A DNA stretch of 64,000 nt, from contig CAWGIP010000009.1 in the NCBI GenBank assembly GCA_963822675.1, positions 22,665 to 86,664 of the forward strand. The letters run 5' to 3'. The notes beneath the pieces were generated by a model. It was not told the origin of the DNA, did not search any database, and saw only the letters and a list, made by a program, of their open reading frames with translations. The translations under genes were made by a program, and so were the position numbers. Below, piece after piece: positions 11,900 through 21,860 of this stretch. Numbering within the stretch: the stretch's first letter is position 1; each line of letters opens with the position of its first letter. This DNA is from an uncultured Pseudomonadota bacterium. Lineage in GTDB: Bacteria > Pseudomonadota > Alphaproteobacteria > Acetobacterales > Acetobacteraceae.

Positions 11900-12075
11900 G
11901 CGGTCTGAGAGGGATCGGCGCACGCCCCAAGCGAGCGCTGATCCAACGTCGCACGGAGCGAGCCGCCTGAAATCGGCGGCCGCGCATGGCTTTCGGCGCC
12001 CCGATCCGGGCAAGTCCACAGCGCAGAGGAGATGGCAATGAGGCTTCAAGGGAAACGGCCCTGATCACCGGTGGA

Positions 12076-12243
12076 AGCCTTCGGCCATCCTTGACCGCGG
12101 CTGCGCGCGACACCAAGGCATTCCCACGTCGGAACAAGGAAGCGATCACCTCGACCAAACCAAGAAACACCGCCGTCTTCAAAATCCCAAGAAAAGGGGT
12201 CCCTTTTGCATGCCGATTGGGGTCCCCTTTGTATGCCGATTGA
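12076..12243. repeat. Copy 2 of the ~146-bp repeat, with an internal 24-bp tandem duplication (ggggtccc(t)ttgyatgccgattg x2)
   Basis: See copy 1. The two copies flank the crotonase-epoxide hydrolase segment in direct orientation. Confidence 0.7.
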
Positions 12244-12498
12244 CGAAGTCCGGTGCGAATGACCCCGATCAGGGTCGCAAGCGGTCATCGGATTGGACGC
12301 CGGGTTATTACAACCTCTGGGCGGAGAGGGAGTTCAGCTCGGGCGCGACCGTGAGATCCATTAACCAAACCTGAACGCCCACTGTCCCACCCGCCGCCCA
12401 AGTCCCGCCGCCGCTGTCCCACCCCGGCCTCCCAAAAACCCTCCCCTACCATTCCCCATTCGCGCGGCGATCAAGCCCGGACGTACAGCGCCGACCGC

Positions 12499-13735
12499 TC
12501 ATATATCGGCCGCGCCGGGCAGGACGTGCGGCTCGAAGCCGGGCAGGACGGGGCCGCCCGGGGAGGATAGGCCAAGCACCTTGAATAAGCGGCCCATGCG
12601 ATCGGGTTCTGCCAATCGCTGTGCCGCCGCGATCAGGGCGGCGGCCTTCCGAGGCGGCTGGGAGCGCGCAAGCCGGTCGGTCCGCTGGAACAGCCCCAAA
12701 CGCGTAAGGAACACGCCCTGGGGTAACGGACCCTAGGGTACGGCGCCGCTTTACGGGCCGCCTCGGCTATTGCGGCGAAATCAACATGGGCGGTGAGGTC
12801 GGCACTTCCGGGCTCGGAGAGCGGGTCGGCGAAGTGCGCCGCGTGAATCGCCTGCAACGTGTCGCCGGGTTGTACTTTCGGCCGAGCCGTAGTCGATCAG
12901 CAGCGCCGCTCCCGGCCGCATCGCCAAGCGAGCACCGAGTTCGGCCGCGAAGGCGAGGGCGGGTTCGCAGAACTCGACCACGGCGCCGTCTTTGGCATTA
13001 GTGAACCCGGAACCGCCGAACCAATGCTCCGTAATCTGTGCGCCGCCCGCTCCCTCTCCGCCCCTGGGGGCGGAGAGGGGTGGGGTGAGGTGGGGGACAA
13101 ACCGCCGCGGACTTCCGGGCGGAGTCGATATTGCAGGGCACAGAGCTTCCGCATTCCAACCGTTCGCATTTCCCCCACCTCTCCCCGACCCTCTCCGCCC
13201 CTGGGGGCGGAGAGGGAGTTGAGCATGCGGTGACCGGGACTTCCACTAAGCCAACCGGACCGACGTACCGCTCCGTCCAGCCATCGCCACGTCGGACGAA
13301 TTGCCGAATCGGCAACGCGTCCAGAAATTCGTTGGCAAGCAGGATCAGCGGCAAGTCGGGCAGACTCTCCAGGCCCGCATGCCAAGTGGCGTCCGGCAGG
13401 CGTGCGGCTTGGAGGGCGCGGAGCCGCGGGGAGGTCTCGATCAGCTGGACCGAAAGCGCCTTGTGGAACGCCGGGGCGGTCTGGCCGATGGCCCGCAGCG
13501 CGTCGGCCATCAGCGTTCCGCGACCCGGACCGGCCTCGGCCAGCAAGACCGGATCGGGGCGGCCAATCTGCTGCCATACAACCGCGGCCCACAGCCCGAG
13601 GATTTCGCCGAAAACCTGCGTGATCTCCGGCCCGGTCGTGAAATCGGCGAACGGATCGTGCGTCGCATAGTAGGCCACGTTGGCGCGCGCCATGAACGCG
13701 TCCAGTCGCTCGATCAGGGCGCCACCTTCGAGCAT
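12499..13735 (-). pseudogene. MidA/NDUFAF7-like (DUF185) class I SAM-dependent methyltransferase, interrupted by a REP-pair insertion plus frameshifts
   Basis: N-terminal half (PFADFTTGPEITQVFGEILGLW...LANEFLDALPIRQF) lies in the lgt frame. About 60 extra aa translate the REP pair at about 13046-13213. The C-terminal half (VVEFCEPALAFAAELGARL...LLIDYG / DTLQAIHAAHFADPL...ADLTAHVDF / LFKVLGL) is in three other frames. Confidence 0.6.
13046..13213. repeat. Pair of inverted GC-rich REP-like palindromes (ctctccgcccctgggggcggagag core), BIME-like
   Basis: Element 1, cctctccgcccctgggggcggagaggggtggggtgaggtggggga, and element 2, tcccccacctctccccgaccctctccgcccctgggggcggagaggg, are reverse complements of each other about 70 bp apart. 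A related half-site cctctgggcggagaggg lies at about 12333. Confidence 0.65.
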
Positions 13736-14545
13736 GCGGGCACCACGACCCGCCGGCTGTACCAGATCAGCACCACGCCAAGCGCGATCATCGGGATTGA
13801 CAAAATCTGTCCCATCGTCAGCACGCCGGCGATGTAGCCCGAATGCGTCCGGCTGCCGGAAGCACTCGGCAATGATGCGGCAAACCCCGTAGCCCACCAG
13901 GAACGCGCCAGTGAGGAATCCCGAATGCGCACGAAAGCGCTCGCCGCGCGCGAGCAGCAGCAAGACCGCGAACAGAACCACCCCTTCGAGGAAGGCTTCG
14001 TAGAGCTCGCTGGGATAGCGCGGAACGAAGGGCGGCCCTGCCTGAGGGAAGATCATTGCACCGGGCCACCAGTCGGCAGCCGGGCGTCCCCACAACTCAC
14101 CATTGATGAAATTTGCAATCCGGCCCAATCCGAGGCCGATCGGCACGCAGACGGCGATCCGATCGGCGAAGGCGAGCGGACGGATCTGGTTCTGACGGCA
14201 GAACCAGACGATTGCTACCGCCACCCCGATCGCCCCGCCATGGAAGCTCATCCCGCCATGCCAGACCTGGAAGATCTGCGCGGGATGCGAAAAGTAGAGC
14301 GCCGGTTGATAGAACAGCACGTAGCCGAGCCGCCCGCCCAGAACGACACCGAGCGTTGCCCAGGTCAGGAAATCGTCCACCTGTTCGGGGGTTGCCACGC
14401 GCGGGCGTTGCTGAGCCAGACGGCGGGTCAGCCGCCAGCCGAGTACAAGACCGGCGATGTAAGCGAGTGCGTACCACCGGATCGCAAATGGCCCGAGCTG
14501 AAGCGCGATCGGGTCGAAATGGGGGTAAACCAACGCGGCGGTCAT
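13714..14545 (-). CDS. lgt: prolipoprotein diacylglyceryl transferase, one apparent frameshift near 13860
   Basis: HGGMSFHGGAIG and GRIANFINGELWGRP motifs. The C-terminus MGQILSIPMIALGVVLIWYSRR is only in the frame of ORF 13714-13932. The rebuilt stop at 13714 overlaps the methyltransferase start (13735) in the usual way. Confidence 0.8.
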
Positions 14546-15522
14546 AGGTACTGATCGACCTGCAACAAATAGTCCTGGACGTAGCGCCTGACCCCGGCCT
14601 CCAGCGGCGTGAACGCGGTAGTGAAGCCGGCGTCCCGCAGCCGGGTCATCCGCGCCTCGGTAAAGGACTGGTACTGGCCACGCAACTCCGCCGGCATATC
14701 AATGAACTCGATGAGCCGTGGGGCAGAAGCCGCGTCGCAGATTGCGTTTGCCACGTCGCGATACGCGCGGGCCTGTCCCGTGCCAACGTTGAAAAGTCCG
14801 TTGATCGTCGGAGAGTCCAGCAGCCACAGCATGACGTCGACGACGTCGCCGATCCAGATGAAGTCGCGCGCCTGGTCGCCGTCGGCCAGGCCGGGCCTAT
14901 CCGAACGGAACAAGCCTAAGGGTCGGCCCCGCGCCAATTCGTCATGCTTGACCTTCACCACCGAGATCATGCGGCCCTTGTGATACTCGTTCGGCCCATA
15001 GACATTGAAGAACTTGAGCCCGGCCCATTGCGGCGGGCGCGCTTCGCCCGCCCGAAGCATGCGCGCCACTTGCAGATCGAAGGCGTGTTTGGTCCAGCCG
15101 TACAGATTAAGCGGTCGCAGGCGTTCCAGCGCAGCCAGCGCGGAATCGTCGTCGAAGCCGCCGGAGCCGTCCCCATATGTCGCCGCCGATGACGCGTACA
15201 CGAAACGGACGCCCCGCGCCGCGCACCAGCGCCACAGCCGCAGCGGCAGCTCGACATTCGCAGCCCAGGTCGCGTCGCCGTCGGCGGCGGTCGTATCGCT
15301 GACCGCGCCCATGTGAAAGATGACCTCAATTGGCGGATGCGTCTTAAGCAAATCGTCCAGTTCTGAAGGGGGCAACAGCCGTCCGGGCGGATGCTTCGCC
15401 AGATTGCGCCACTTGTCGCCGGAACCGAGCCGATCGACCACGATTGTCTCATGTCCACGCCGGGCAAGAGCGGCTTGCAGGTTAGAGCCGATGAAACCGG
15501 CACCGCCGGTGACCATGATCAT
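14542..15522 (-). CDS. hldD: ADP-L-glycero-D-manno-heptose-6-epimerase
   Basis: MIMVTGGAGFIGSN Rossmann start, YASSAATYG, FNVYGPNEYHKG. 326-aa intact ORF. Confidence 0.85.
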   Translation of the reverse strand: MIMVTGGAGFIGSNLQAALARRGHETIVVDRLGSGDKWRNLAKHPPGRLLPPSELDDLLKTHPPIEVIFHMGAVSDTTAADGDATWAANVELPLRLWRWCAARGVRFVYASSAATYGDGSGGFDDDSALAALERLRPLNLYGWTKHAFDLQVARMLRAGEARPPQWAGLKFFNVYGPNEYHKGRMISVVKVKHDELARGRPLGLFRSDRPGLADGDQARDFIWIGDVVDVMLWLLDSPTINGLFNVGTGQARAYRDVANAICDAASAPRLIEFIDMPAELRGQYQSFTEARMTRLRDAGFTTAFTPLEAGVRRYVQDYLLQVDQYL

Positions 15523-15580
15523 GAGGCAAGCATATAAGGAAGGCCGGGCCAGGCCGGCCAGGGCGATGACGGGAGATCAC

Positions 15581-15892
15581 ATGACAGAACGGCCCAAATT
15601 CTTTGATGACCTCGCAGGGGTCGCGGGAGGGGCGATCTCGGCGCTTGCCGGACTGCGGGAGGAGATGGAGGCGATCTTCCGCGCCCGGATGGACGAGATG
15701 ATACGCAGGATGGAGCTGGTCCGGCGCGAGGAGATCGAAGCCGTGCGGGAAATGGCCAGCAATGCGCGCACCGGGCAGGAGGCCGCAGAAGCAAAGCTGG
15801 CCGACGCATTGGCCCGGATCGTCGCGCTGGAGGGGCGTGTTGCCACCCTCGAATTGCAGGTACGGAACGAGCCTTCGCCGCTTCCACCCTGA
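15581..15892 (+). CDS. ubiK: UbiK/YqiC-family accessory factor (BMFP coiled-coil protein)
   Basis: MTERPKFFDDLAGVAGGAISAL... coiled-coil, 103 aa. ATG at 15581 with upstream GGAG. Confidence 0.6.
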   Translation: MTERPKFFDDLAGVAGGAISALAGLREEMEAIFRARMDEMIRRMELVRREEIEAVREMASNARTGQEAAEAKLADALARIVALEGRVATLELQVRNEPSPLPP

Positions 15893-16073
15893 TCTGGCCC
15901 GAAAGCCGCACCGCGCCGGAACTTTTCGGCGAATCGGCATCGGGCTTGCGGCGCGGCGCCAGGGATCGGTAGGCTCCGCCTTGTGGCTATTCCGGGCTGC
16001 AGATCCCAAGATGTCGCCATAAGCGAGGGGTACGCCGCCGGGTACCGGCCTTCCTCGAGATGGGAGACCCCGC

Positions 16074-16580
16074 ATGTCCGCCACGACCATGACATCAGAG
16101 ATGGAGACAGCGTCCAACCCGCTCGACTTGGTAGAGCAGATCGTCGCCGCCAACGATTGGGCGTTTGATCGCCGAAACGATAGCGAAATGGCTGTGGAGG
16201 CCCCGGGCCGCTGGTGCAACTATGGGTTGTTCTTTAATTGGTCGCACGAGATCAGCGCTATGCACTTCACCTGCGCCTTCGACATGAAGGTGCCGACCAA
16301 GCGCCGACCGGCACTTTACGAACTTTTGGCGCTGGCCAATGAGCGCCTGTGGATCGGCCATTTCGGGATGGACCCGGATGACGGTATGCCGGTCTTTCGC
16401 CATGCCGTGCTGCTGCGGGGAGCGCCCGGAGCATCGACGGAGAGCCTGGAGGACATGGTCGATATCGCGATCAGCGAATGCGAGCGCTTCTTTCCCGCAT
16501 TTCAGTTTGTGCTCTGGGGCGGCAAGGCGCCGCTTGAGGCGCTGGAAGCCGCGATGCTGGAGTGCGTCGGCGAGGCATGA
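16074..16580 (+). CDS. YbjN-domain protein
   Basis: A conserved alphaproteobacterial partner of proC (WCNYGLFFNWSHEISAMHFTC...). Intact. Confidence 0.6.
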   Translation: MSATTMTSEMETASNPLDLVEQIVAANDWAFDRRNDSEMAVEAPGRWCNYGLFFNWSHEISAMHFTCAFDMKVPTKRRPALYELLALANERLWIGHFGMDPDDGMPVFRHAVLLRGAPGASTESLEDMVDIAISECERFFPAFQFVLWGGKAPLEALEAAMLECVGEA

Positions 16581-17401
16581 CGGAGGGGACACACTCAGAG
16601 CCGATCCCGCCGGTGCTGCTCGTAGGCTGCGGCCGCATGGGCAGCGCGATGCTTGCGGGATGGCGCGAGCGGGGTATGGAAGCTTCGGTTGTCGTCGATC
16701 CTGCGCCGGCAAGTGGTGTCGTCTCCGGCGCCGATCTGAGCGTGCTCAGCCGGCCCGAGGACATTCCAACAGAATTCGCGCCCGCGGCCGTCATTTTCGC
16801 GATAAAGCCCCAGAGCGCCTCCGCAACGGTGCCCGCTTATTCCGCTTACGCAGGAGTGGCGGTCTTCCTGTCCATCATGGCCGGGCGCACAATCGGCGGT
16901 CTGGTTGCCTTGCTAGGGAATCAGGCGCGTGTTGTACGAGCCATGCCGAATACGCCTGCGGCCATACGTGCGGGCATTACAGTCGCGACACCGGGGCTGG
17001 GGGTCGGGCCGACCCAGCGCCGCCTCTGCGACGAGCTTTTGCAGGCAATTGGCGAGGTAGCGTGGGTTGAGAACGAAGCGCTTCTCGATCCCGTAACCGC
17101 TGTTTCGGGCAGCGGTCCCGCTTATGTCTTCTTGCTCGCCGAGTTGCTGGAGCAGGCCGCGGCCGAGCAGGGGATTCCGTCCGACCTGGCGCGGTTGCTC
17201 GCACGTCGAACCGTTTCCGGTTCGGGCGCGCTGCTTGCGGCAAGCGGCGAAGATGCGGCGGCACTCAGGCAGGGCGTAACGAGCCCCGGCGGGACAACCG
17301 AGCGGGCGCTTTCTGTCCTCATGGCGGCCGAAGCCTGGCCGGCGGCGCTGCGCCGAGCCATCGCTGAGGCGACGCTTCGATCGCGCGAATTGGCTGGATA
17401 A
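16577..17401 (+). CDS. proC: pyrroline-5-carboxylate reductase
   Basis: LLVGCGRMGSAMLAGW NADP-binding start, the conserved ProC C-terminal region, ATGA overlap with the upstream gene. Confidence 0.85.
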   Translation: MTEGTHSEPIPPVLLVGCGRMGSAMLAGWRERGMEASVVVDPAPASGVVSGADLSVLSRPEDIPTEFAPAAVIFAIKPQSASATVPAYSAYAGVAVFLSIMAGRTIGGLVALLGNQARVVRAMPNTPAAIRAGITVATPGLGVGPTQRRLCDELLQAIGEVAWVENEALLDPVTAVSGSGPAYVFLLAELLEQAAAEQGIPSDLARLLARRTVSGSGALLAASGEDAAALRQGVTSPGGTTERALSVLMAAEAWPAALRRAIAEATLRSRELAG

Positions 17402-17408
17402 CGGCGGA

Positions 17409-18076
17409 CTAGAAATCCAGGTCCGCGTAATGCTCCGGTGCGGCGAGGCCGGGGATCGGTCCGACAAGATGCCACGGAAGCTCGGGCGAGACTTCATCCT
17501 CGCGTACCACTCCTTGGCGGGCTGCGAGATCGCCCAATCGATGTCGCCGATGTAGTCCAGTGCGGACAGGTGCGCGGCAGCGGCGAAATCGGCGAGCGAC
17601 ATCGCCGAGCCGGCCAGCCATTTGCGGGTCTCGCTGAGCCATCCGACGTATTCGAGGTGGTGGCGGACTGCCGCGTAGCCCAGACGCAGCGCAGTGGCAT
17701 CCGGATTACCGCGTCCCGCAAGTCGCTTCATGAACTTCTCGCCCAACAAATTGCGCGTGACTTCGGTGGCGAATTTGCCGTCGAACCAGGCCACCAAGCG
17801 GCGCACCTCGATCCGTTCCGCAGGCGTGCGGCCGAGCAACGGAATATCGGGGTAGGCTTCTTCGAGATATTCGCAGATGACACCCGAGTCCGGGATGGTG
17901 AGGCCATTGGACTCGACCAGGGTGGGCACCGTCCCCGCGGGGTTGAGTTCCAGATATTCGGGCCTGCGCTCCCAGACCTTCTCCAGCCGCAACTCGAATG
18001 GCAGCCGCTTTTCCGCGAGTACCAGCCGCACTTTGCGGGAGAAGGGTGATAACGGAAGATGATACAGATAACGCAT
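17409..18076 (-). CDS. glutathione S-transferase, with a 1-nt frame correction needed near 17465
   Basis: Thioredoxin-like N-terminus MRYLYHLPLSPFSRKV. The in-frame ORF has no stop until 16913, inside proC. The -1 frame supplies a canonical ...VGPIPGLAAPEHYADLDF end with stop at 17409, 8 bp from the proC stop. Confidence 0.75.
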
Positions 18077-18165
18077 TGCGTGGTCTTAACGCACCGTGAC
18101 GCGAGCCGCCAAGGCAACGGTTGATTGCGGCAGACGATCCGGCGGCAGTGGGCGAGATATAAGGC

Positions 18166-19009
18166 ATGGCGCTCGGAATTTTGGCTGGCGGTGGCGTCCT
18201 GCCGGCCAAGGTGGCGGCAGCGGCGCTGGCGGCGGGGCAAGCCGTATTCATCGTCGGCCTGGATGGGTCCGCCGAGCCGTCGTCACTGGCGTCCTATCCG
18301 CACGCGTTGATCCGTATGGGCGCAGCTGGGCAAATCCTGGCCGCCTTGCGCGCGCATGACTGTCGCGACCTTGTGCTTATCGGCACCGTCAGCCGGCCAT
18401 CCCTGGTGGATCTCCGCCTCGATCTCGAAGGAATGCGGCTTTTGGCCCGGATCGGACGTGCGGCATTCGCTGGGGATGACGGGCTGCTGGCAGCGGTGAT
18501 CCACGTTTTGCAGGAGGAGGGGTTTCGGGTGGTGGGCGCGCACGAAATCCTGAACGAGTGCGCTTGCGCCGAGCGGATTGCTGACACGCGCCAGGCCAGA
18601 CGAGCAGGCCTTCGCGGATATTTGGCGCGGCGTTGCGGTCGCGCATGCGCTGGGTGCCGTGGATGTCGGGCAGGCTTGTGTTATTCAGCAGGGGCTAGTT
18701 CTCGCGGTTGAAGCCATCGAGGGCACCGATGCGATGCTGGCGCGCAGCGCCAGACTTGCACGCCAAGGTCCGGGCGGGGTTCTTGTCAAGCTGGTCAAGC
18801 CGGCGCAGGAGAGGAGGGCGGATCTGCCGACGATCGGAGTGGAAACCGTGCGCCGCGCGGCGGCTGCCGGATTAGCGGGAATTGCGTTCGCGGCCGGCGC
18901 GACCATGCTTGTTGATCGCGCGGCCACGGTGGCCGCGGCCGATGAGGCGGGCCTTTTTTTGCTCGGTCTGGATCCGGACCAGCTTCTGCACGGGGGAGAA
19001 ATCGCATGA
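18166..19009 (+). CDS. lpxI: LpxI-family UDP-2,3-diacylglucosamine hydrolase (DUF1009), one apparent frameshift near 18560
   Basis: N-terminal [13 protein letters not shown] and C-terminal [26 protein letters not shown]...FLLGLDP fall in two frames (18166-18711 and 18578-19009). Confidence 0.7.
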
Positions 19010-19389
19010 GCCGTTATCTTCATACGATGATTCGCGTCGGCGATCTGGAGCGCAGCGTCGCGTTCTATGAGAAACTCGGCATGCGGCAACTGCGCCGCAA
19101 CGATGTTCCCGATGGAAAATACACCCTGGCCTTCATGGGCTACGGGGACGAGAGCAGCAATACCGTTCTGGAACTGACGTATAATTACGGCGTGGAGAAA
19201 TACGAACTCGGGACCGCGTTCGGACATTTTGCGGTGGGCGTGCCGGATATCAGGGCGACCTGCGAACAGCTGCGTTCCTCAGGGGTCAAGATCGTGCGTG
19301 AACCAGGGCCGGTGAAGTTCGGCACCACCGTCATTGCCTTCATTGAAGACCCTGACGGCTATAAGATCGAGTTGATTGAGCGCGCCTGA
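19006..19389 (+). CDS. gloA: lactoylglutathione lyase (glyoxalase I)
   Basis: [17 protein letters not shown] and VLELTYNYG motifs, 127 aa, intact. Confidence 0.85.
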   Translation: MSRYLHTMIRVGDLERSVAFYEKLGMRQLRRNDVPDGKYTLAFMGYGDESSNTVLELTYNYGVEKYELGTAFGHFAVGVPDIRATCEQLRSSGVKIVREPGPVKFGTTVIAFIEDPDGYKIELIERA

Positions 19390-19406
19390 GCCCGATCAGG
19401 CACGCT

Positions 19407-20040
19407 TTATGCCAGGGCGGCGATGACTTCTGTCGCCCTGGTCACGACCGCGACGTTCTGCATCGCATAGCCAATCGAGGCCCGGTGCCAGTCGGCGTTC
19501 ATCGTCGAGCAGCAATCTTCCGGCACGACCATGAAATAACCCTTATCGGCGCCCGTTCGCGCCGTGTGCTCCACCGACATGTTGGTCCAGGCACCTGTGT
19601 TGATAATGCAGTCGCGGCCGAATGACCGAAGAATCGTCTCCAGCCGGCTACCCTCCCACGCGCTCATTCGCATTTTCTCGACGATGAAATCTCCGGTTTG
19701 AGGTTCGAGACCCGGCACAGGAGCGGCGCCCCAGGTGCCGCGCACCATGGCTTTGGCATCGGCCAGGCCCTCGAACAGCGGCGCATTCAGCGTGAGGCCG
19801 GGTGCCCCCGGTTCGACCACGAACCAGACATGGATCACGGGAATGCCGCGCGCGCGGCAGACTTCGGCGAGACGGCGCACGTTCTCGACGATATTCTGCT
19901 CGCGCGCGTGCTGCGGCGCTCTTGAAGAGGCAAAGGCCCCGCCGTCGCTGATCACGTCGTTCTGCAGATCCTGGATCAGGAGCACGCAGCGGGAGCGATC
20001 GAGCGACAGGCCGTCGCTTCCTGGAGCCGTCGCGTCCTTC
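19407..20040 (-). CDS. isochorismatase-family (cysteine hydrolase) protein; in the given sequence it reads through in frame from the upstream SMP-30 gene
   Basis: VLLIQDLQNDV and GDFIVEKMRMSAWEGSRLETILRSFGRDCIINTGAWTNMSVEHTARTG. No stop separates it from the gluconolactonase C-terminal half in ORF 19407-20627. Confidence 0.6.
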
Positions 20041-20985
20041 GACGCGCTGTGGGCCGACGACGGCGCGGCACGTTCGACCCGCATGTAAGGCTCGATGCGC
20101 GGCCCGACCTTGGTGGTCACGGTATAGACGGAGTATGTCGCGGTCATGAAGAGCGTGCGCCAGTCCGGCCCGCCCCAGGTGAGATTGGCAACCAGCTCGG
20201 GGACGCGCAGTTTGCCGATCAGCGTGCCGTCAGGCGCGTAAACCCAGATGCCGCCGGGACCGGCAACCCAGACATTGCCGCGCGCGTCGCATTTCATTCC
20301 GTCCGGGACGCCGGGCTCCAGTTCGGAGCGAATCCCGCTCGCGAATATCCGTCCGTTGCGAAGGCTTCCGTCATTCGTCACTTCGAAGACGCGGATCAGC
20401 GCCTGCGCGGTATCGTTAATGTAGAGCAGCCGCTCGTCGGGCGAGAAGCAGAGGCCATTCGGCTGATCGAACAGCGATCGTTCCACCAGCAATTGCGGCG
20501 AGCCACCCGCCGGGTGGCAGCCGATACACGCCCTGGAATCCAAGCTGCCGCGGACGCTCAACACCATAGACCGGCATCCGCCCGTACCACGGATCAGAGA
20601 AATAGATTGCTCCATCGGATTTGACACAAACGTCGTTGGGGCTGTTCAACTCGCTGCCTTCGAAACGCGTGGCCAGCACCTCGCGGCGTCCGTCCGGCGT
20701 CTCGCGGACAAGCGAGGACGTGGCATGCTCGCAGACGATCAGGTTGAGCGCCGCGTCGTAGGTCAGGCCGTTGCATTTGTTTGCAGGGCGCTTCACCTCG
20801 CGCACGCCGTTTCGTCGGTCCCAGCGCCTTCGAACATCGGCGGGCATGTCGGAAAACAGCAGATAATGATCAAGCGGATGCCAGATCGGCCCTTCGGTAA
20901 AGGTGAATCCGGTGCCGAGTTGTCCGACCGGCGCATGCGTGTCGATCAGATCCTCGAAGTCGCGCCTCAGAGCTATATGAGTCAT
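20041..20985 (-). CDS. SMP-30/gluconolactonase/LRE-like lactonase, one apparent frameshift near 20560
   Basis: N-terminal half TEGPIW...LNSPNDVCV...GVYRLPPGG (ORF 20416-20985) and C-terminal half SPQLLVERSLFDQPNGLCFSPDERLLYINDT... (ORF 19407-20627). Confidence 0.7.
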
Positions 20986-20992
20986 GGCTTTC

Positions 20993-21842
20993 TCATGCCG
21001 GGAACCAGGCGCGGCGGGGCACCGATTGTGTCGCGGGGCCGGGGACTGATTGCTGCAACCGGGCTACCACCTGTCCGGCTTCAATCTTCGCTGGTTGGTC
21101 ATGCACCGGAAGCAGGAATCGCGAGGAGCTGAGCAGCTTGGCAATCGCCGCCTTCTCCTGGCGTTTCGAGGTGCCGTGATTGCCGGTCACGCGCGGCTCC
21201 ATGTAGTGGATTTCATTGAATGGCTCGACGATTTGATCGTTGAAATCGTAGATCACGTCGCCGCAGATCGTGGCGAGTCCCTCAGCGGTATCGACGTGGA
21301 TGTTCATCGAGCCTTCGGTATGCGCGCCGGCGGCTGAGACCCGGACGCCGGGGCAGATCTCGATTTCCCCCGAGACCTCCAGATCCAGAAGTCGCAGCGC
21401 ATGGCGCGCGTGCAGCCGGTCGATCAGGTGCTTGATGTCCGGCGCCGGATATTGCGGATGCATCAGCCCGGAGACCGAATACTCAAGCTCGCGCCGATTG
21501 ACGATCACCGTCGTGTTCATCGGAAAAGAGATCGTCTTTGCCCGCGTGGTCTATATGCAAATGGGTGTGCATCACGAAGCGCACATCACCCATGCGCACG
21601 CCGTGCCGGGCCAGTTGGTTCTCGATCATGTTCTCATGGAACTGGAGACCGCGCATGCCCAGCGTTTCCATGATCTGATTCGAACGATAACCGGTATCCA
21701 CCACCATGGGCCACGGACCGCCGAGGATCAGAAAGCCGAGCGTCGTGACCCGGCGCGTCCGCCCGCAATCCTTGCCCAACACGAGGAAGCTACCCTCAAG
21801 CTCAATATCGCCGTAGTCCAGCAGCTTGATCTCCAGCGCCAC
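20993..21842 (-). CDS. metallo-beta-lactamase-fold N-acyl-homoserine-lactonase-like hydrolase, one apparent frameshift near 21500
   Basis: HTHLHIDHAG (HxHxDH) in ORF 21483-21842. The remainder (NTTVIVNRRELEYS...) is in ORF 20993-21520, and the two halves join cleanly on the AiiA pattern. Confidence 0.65.
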
Positions 21843-21860
21843 ATTGCCTCTCCCTGGGGT

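Noticed and set aside
12998-14545. A 515-aa Lgt-methyltransferase fusion protein
   Set aside because: The Lgt C-terminus (ILSIPMIALGVVLIWYSRR) is in another frame ending at 13714, and the methyltransferase has its own ATG at 13735. The continuous ORF comes from a frameshift in the lgt tail.
16913-18076. A 387-aa GST overlapping proC by about 490 bp on the opposite strand
   Set aside because: A 1-nt shift restores a canonical GST C-terminus (...PEHYADLDF) ending 8 bp from the proC stop.
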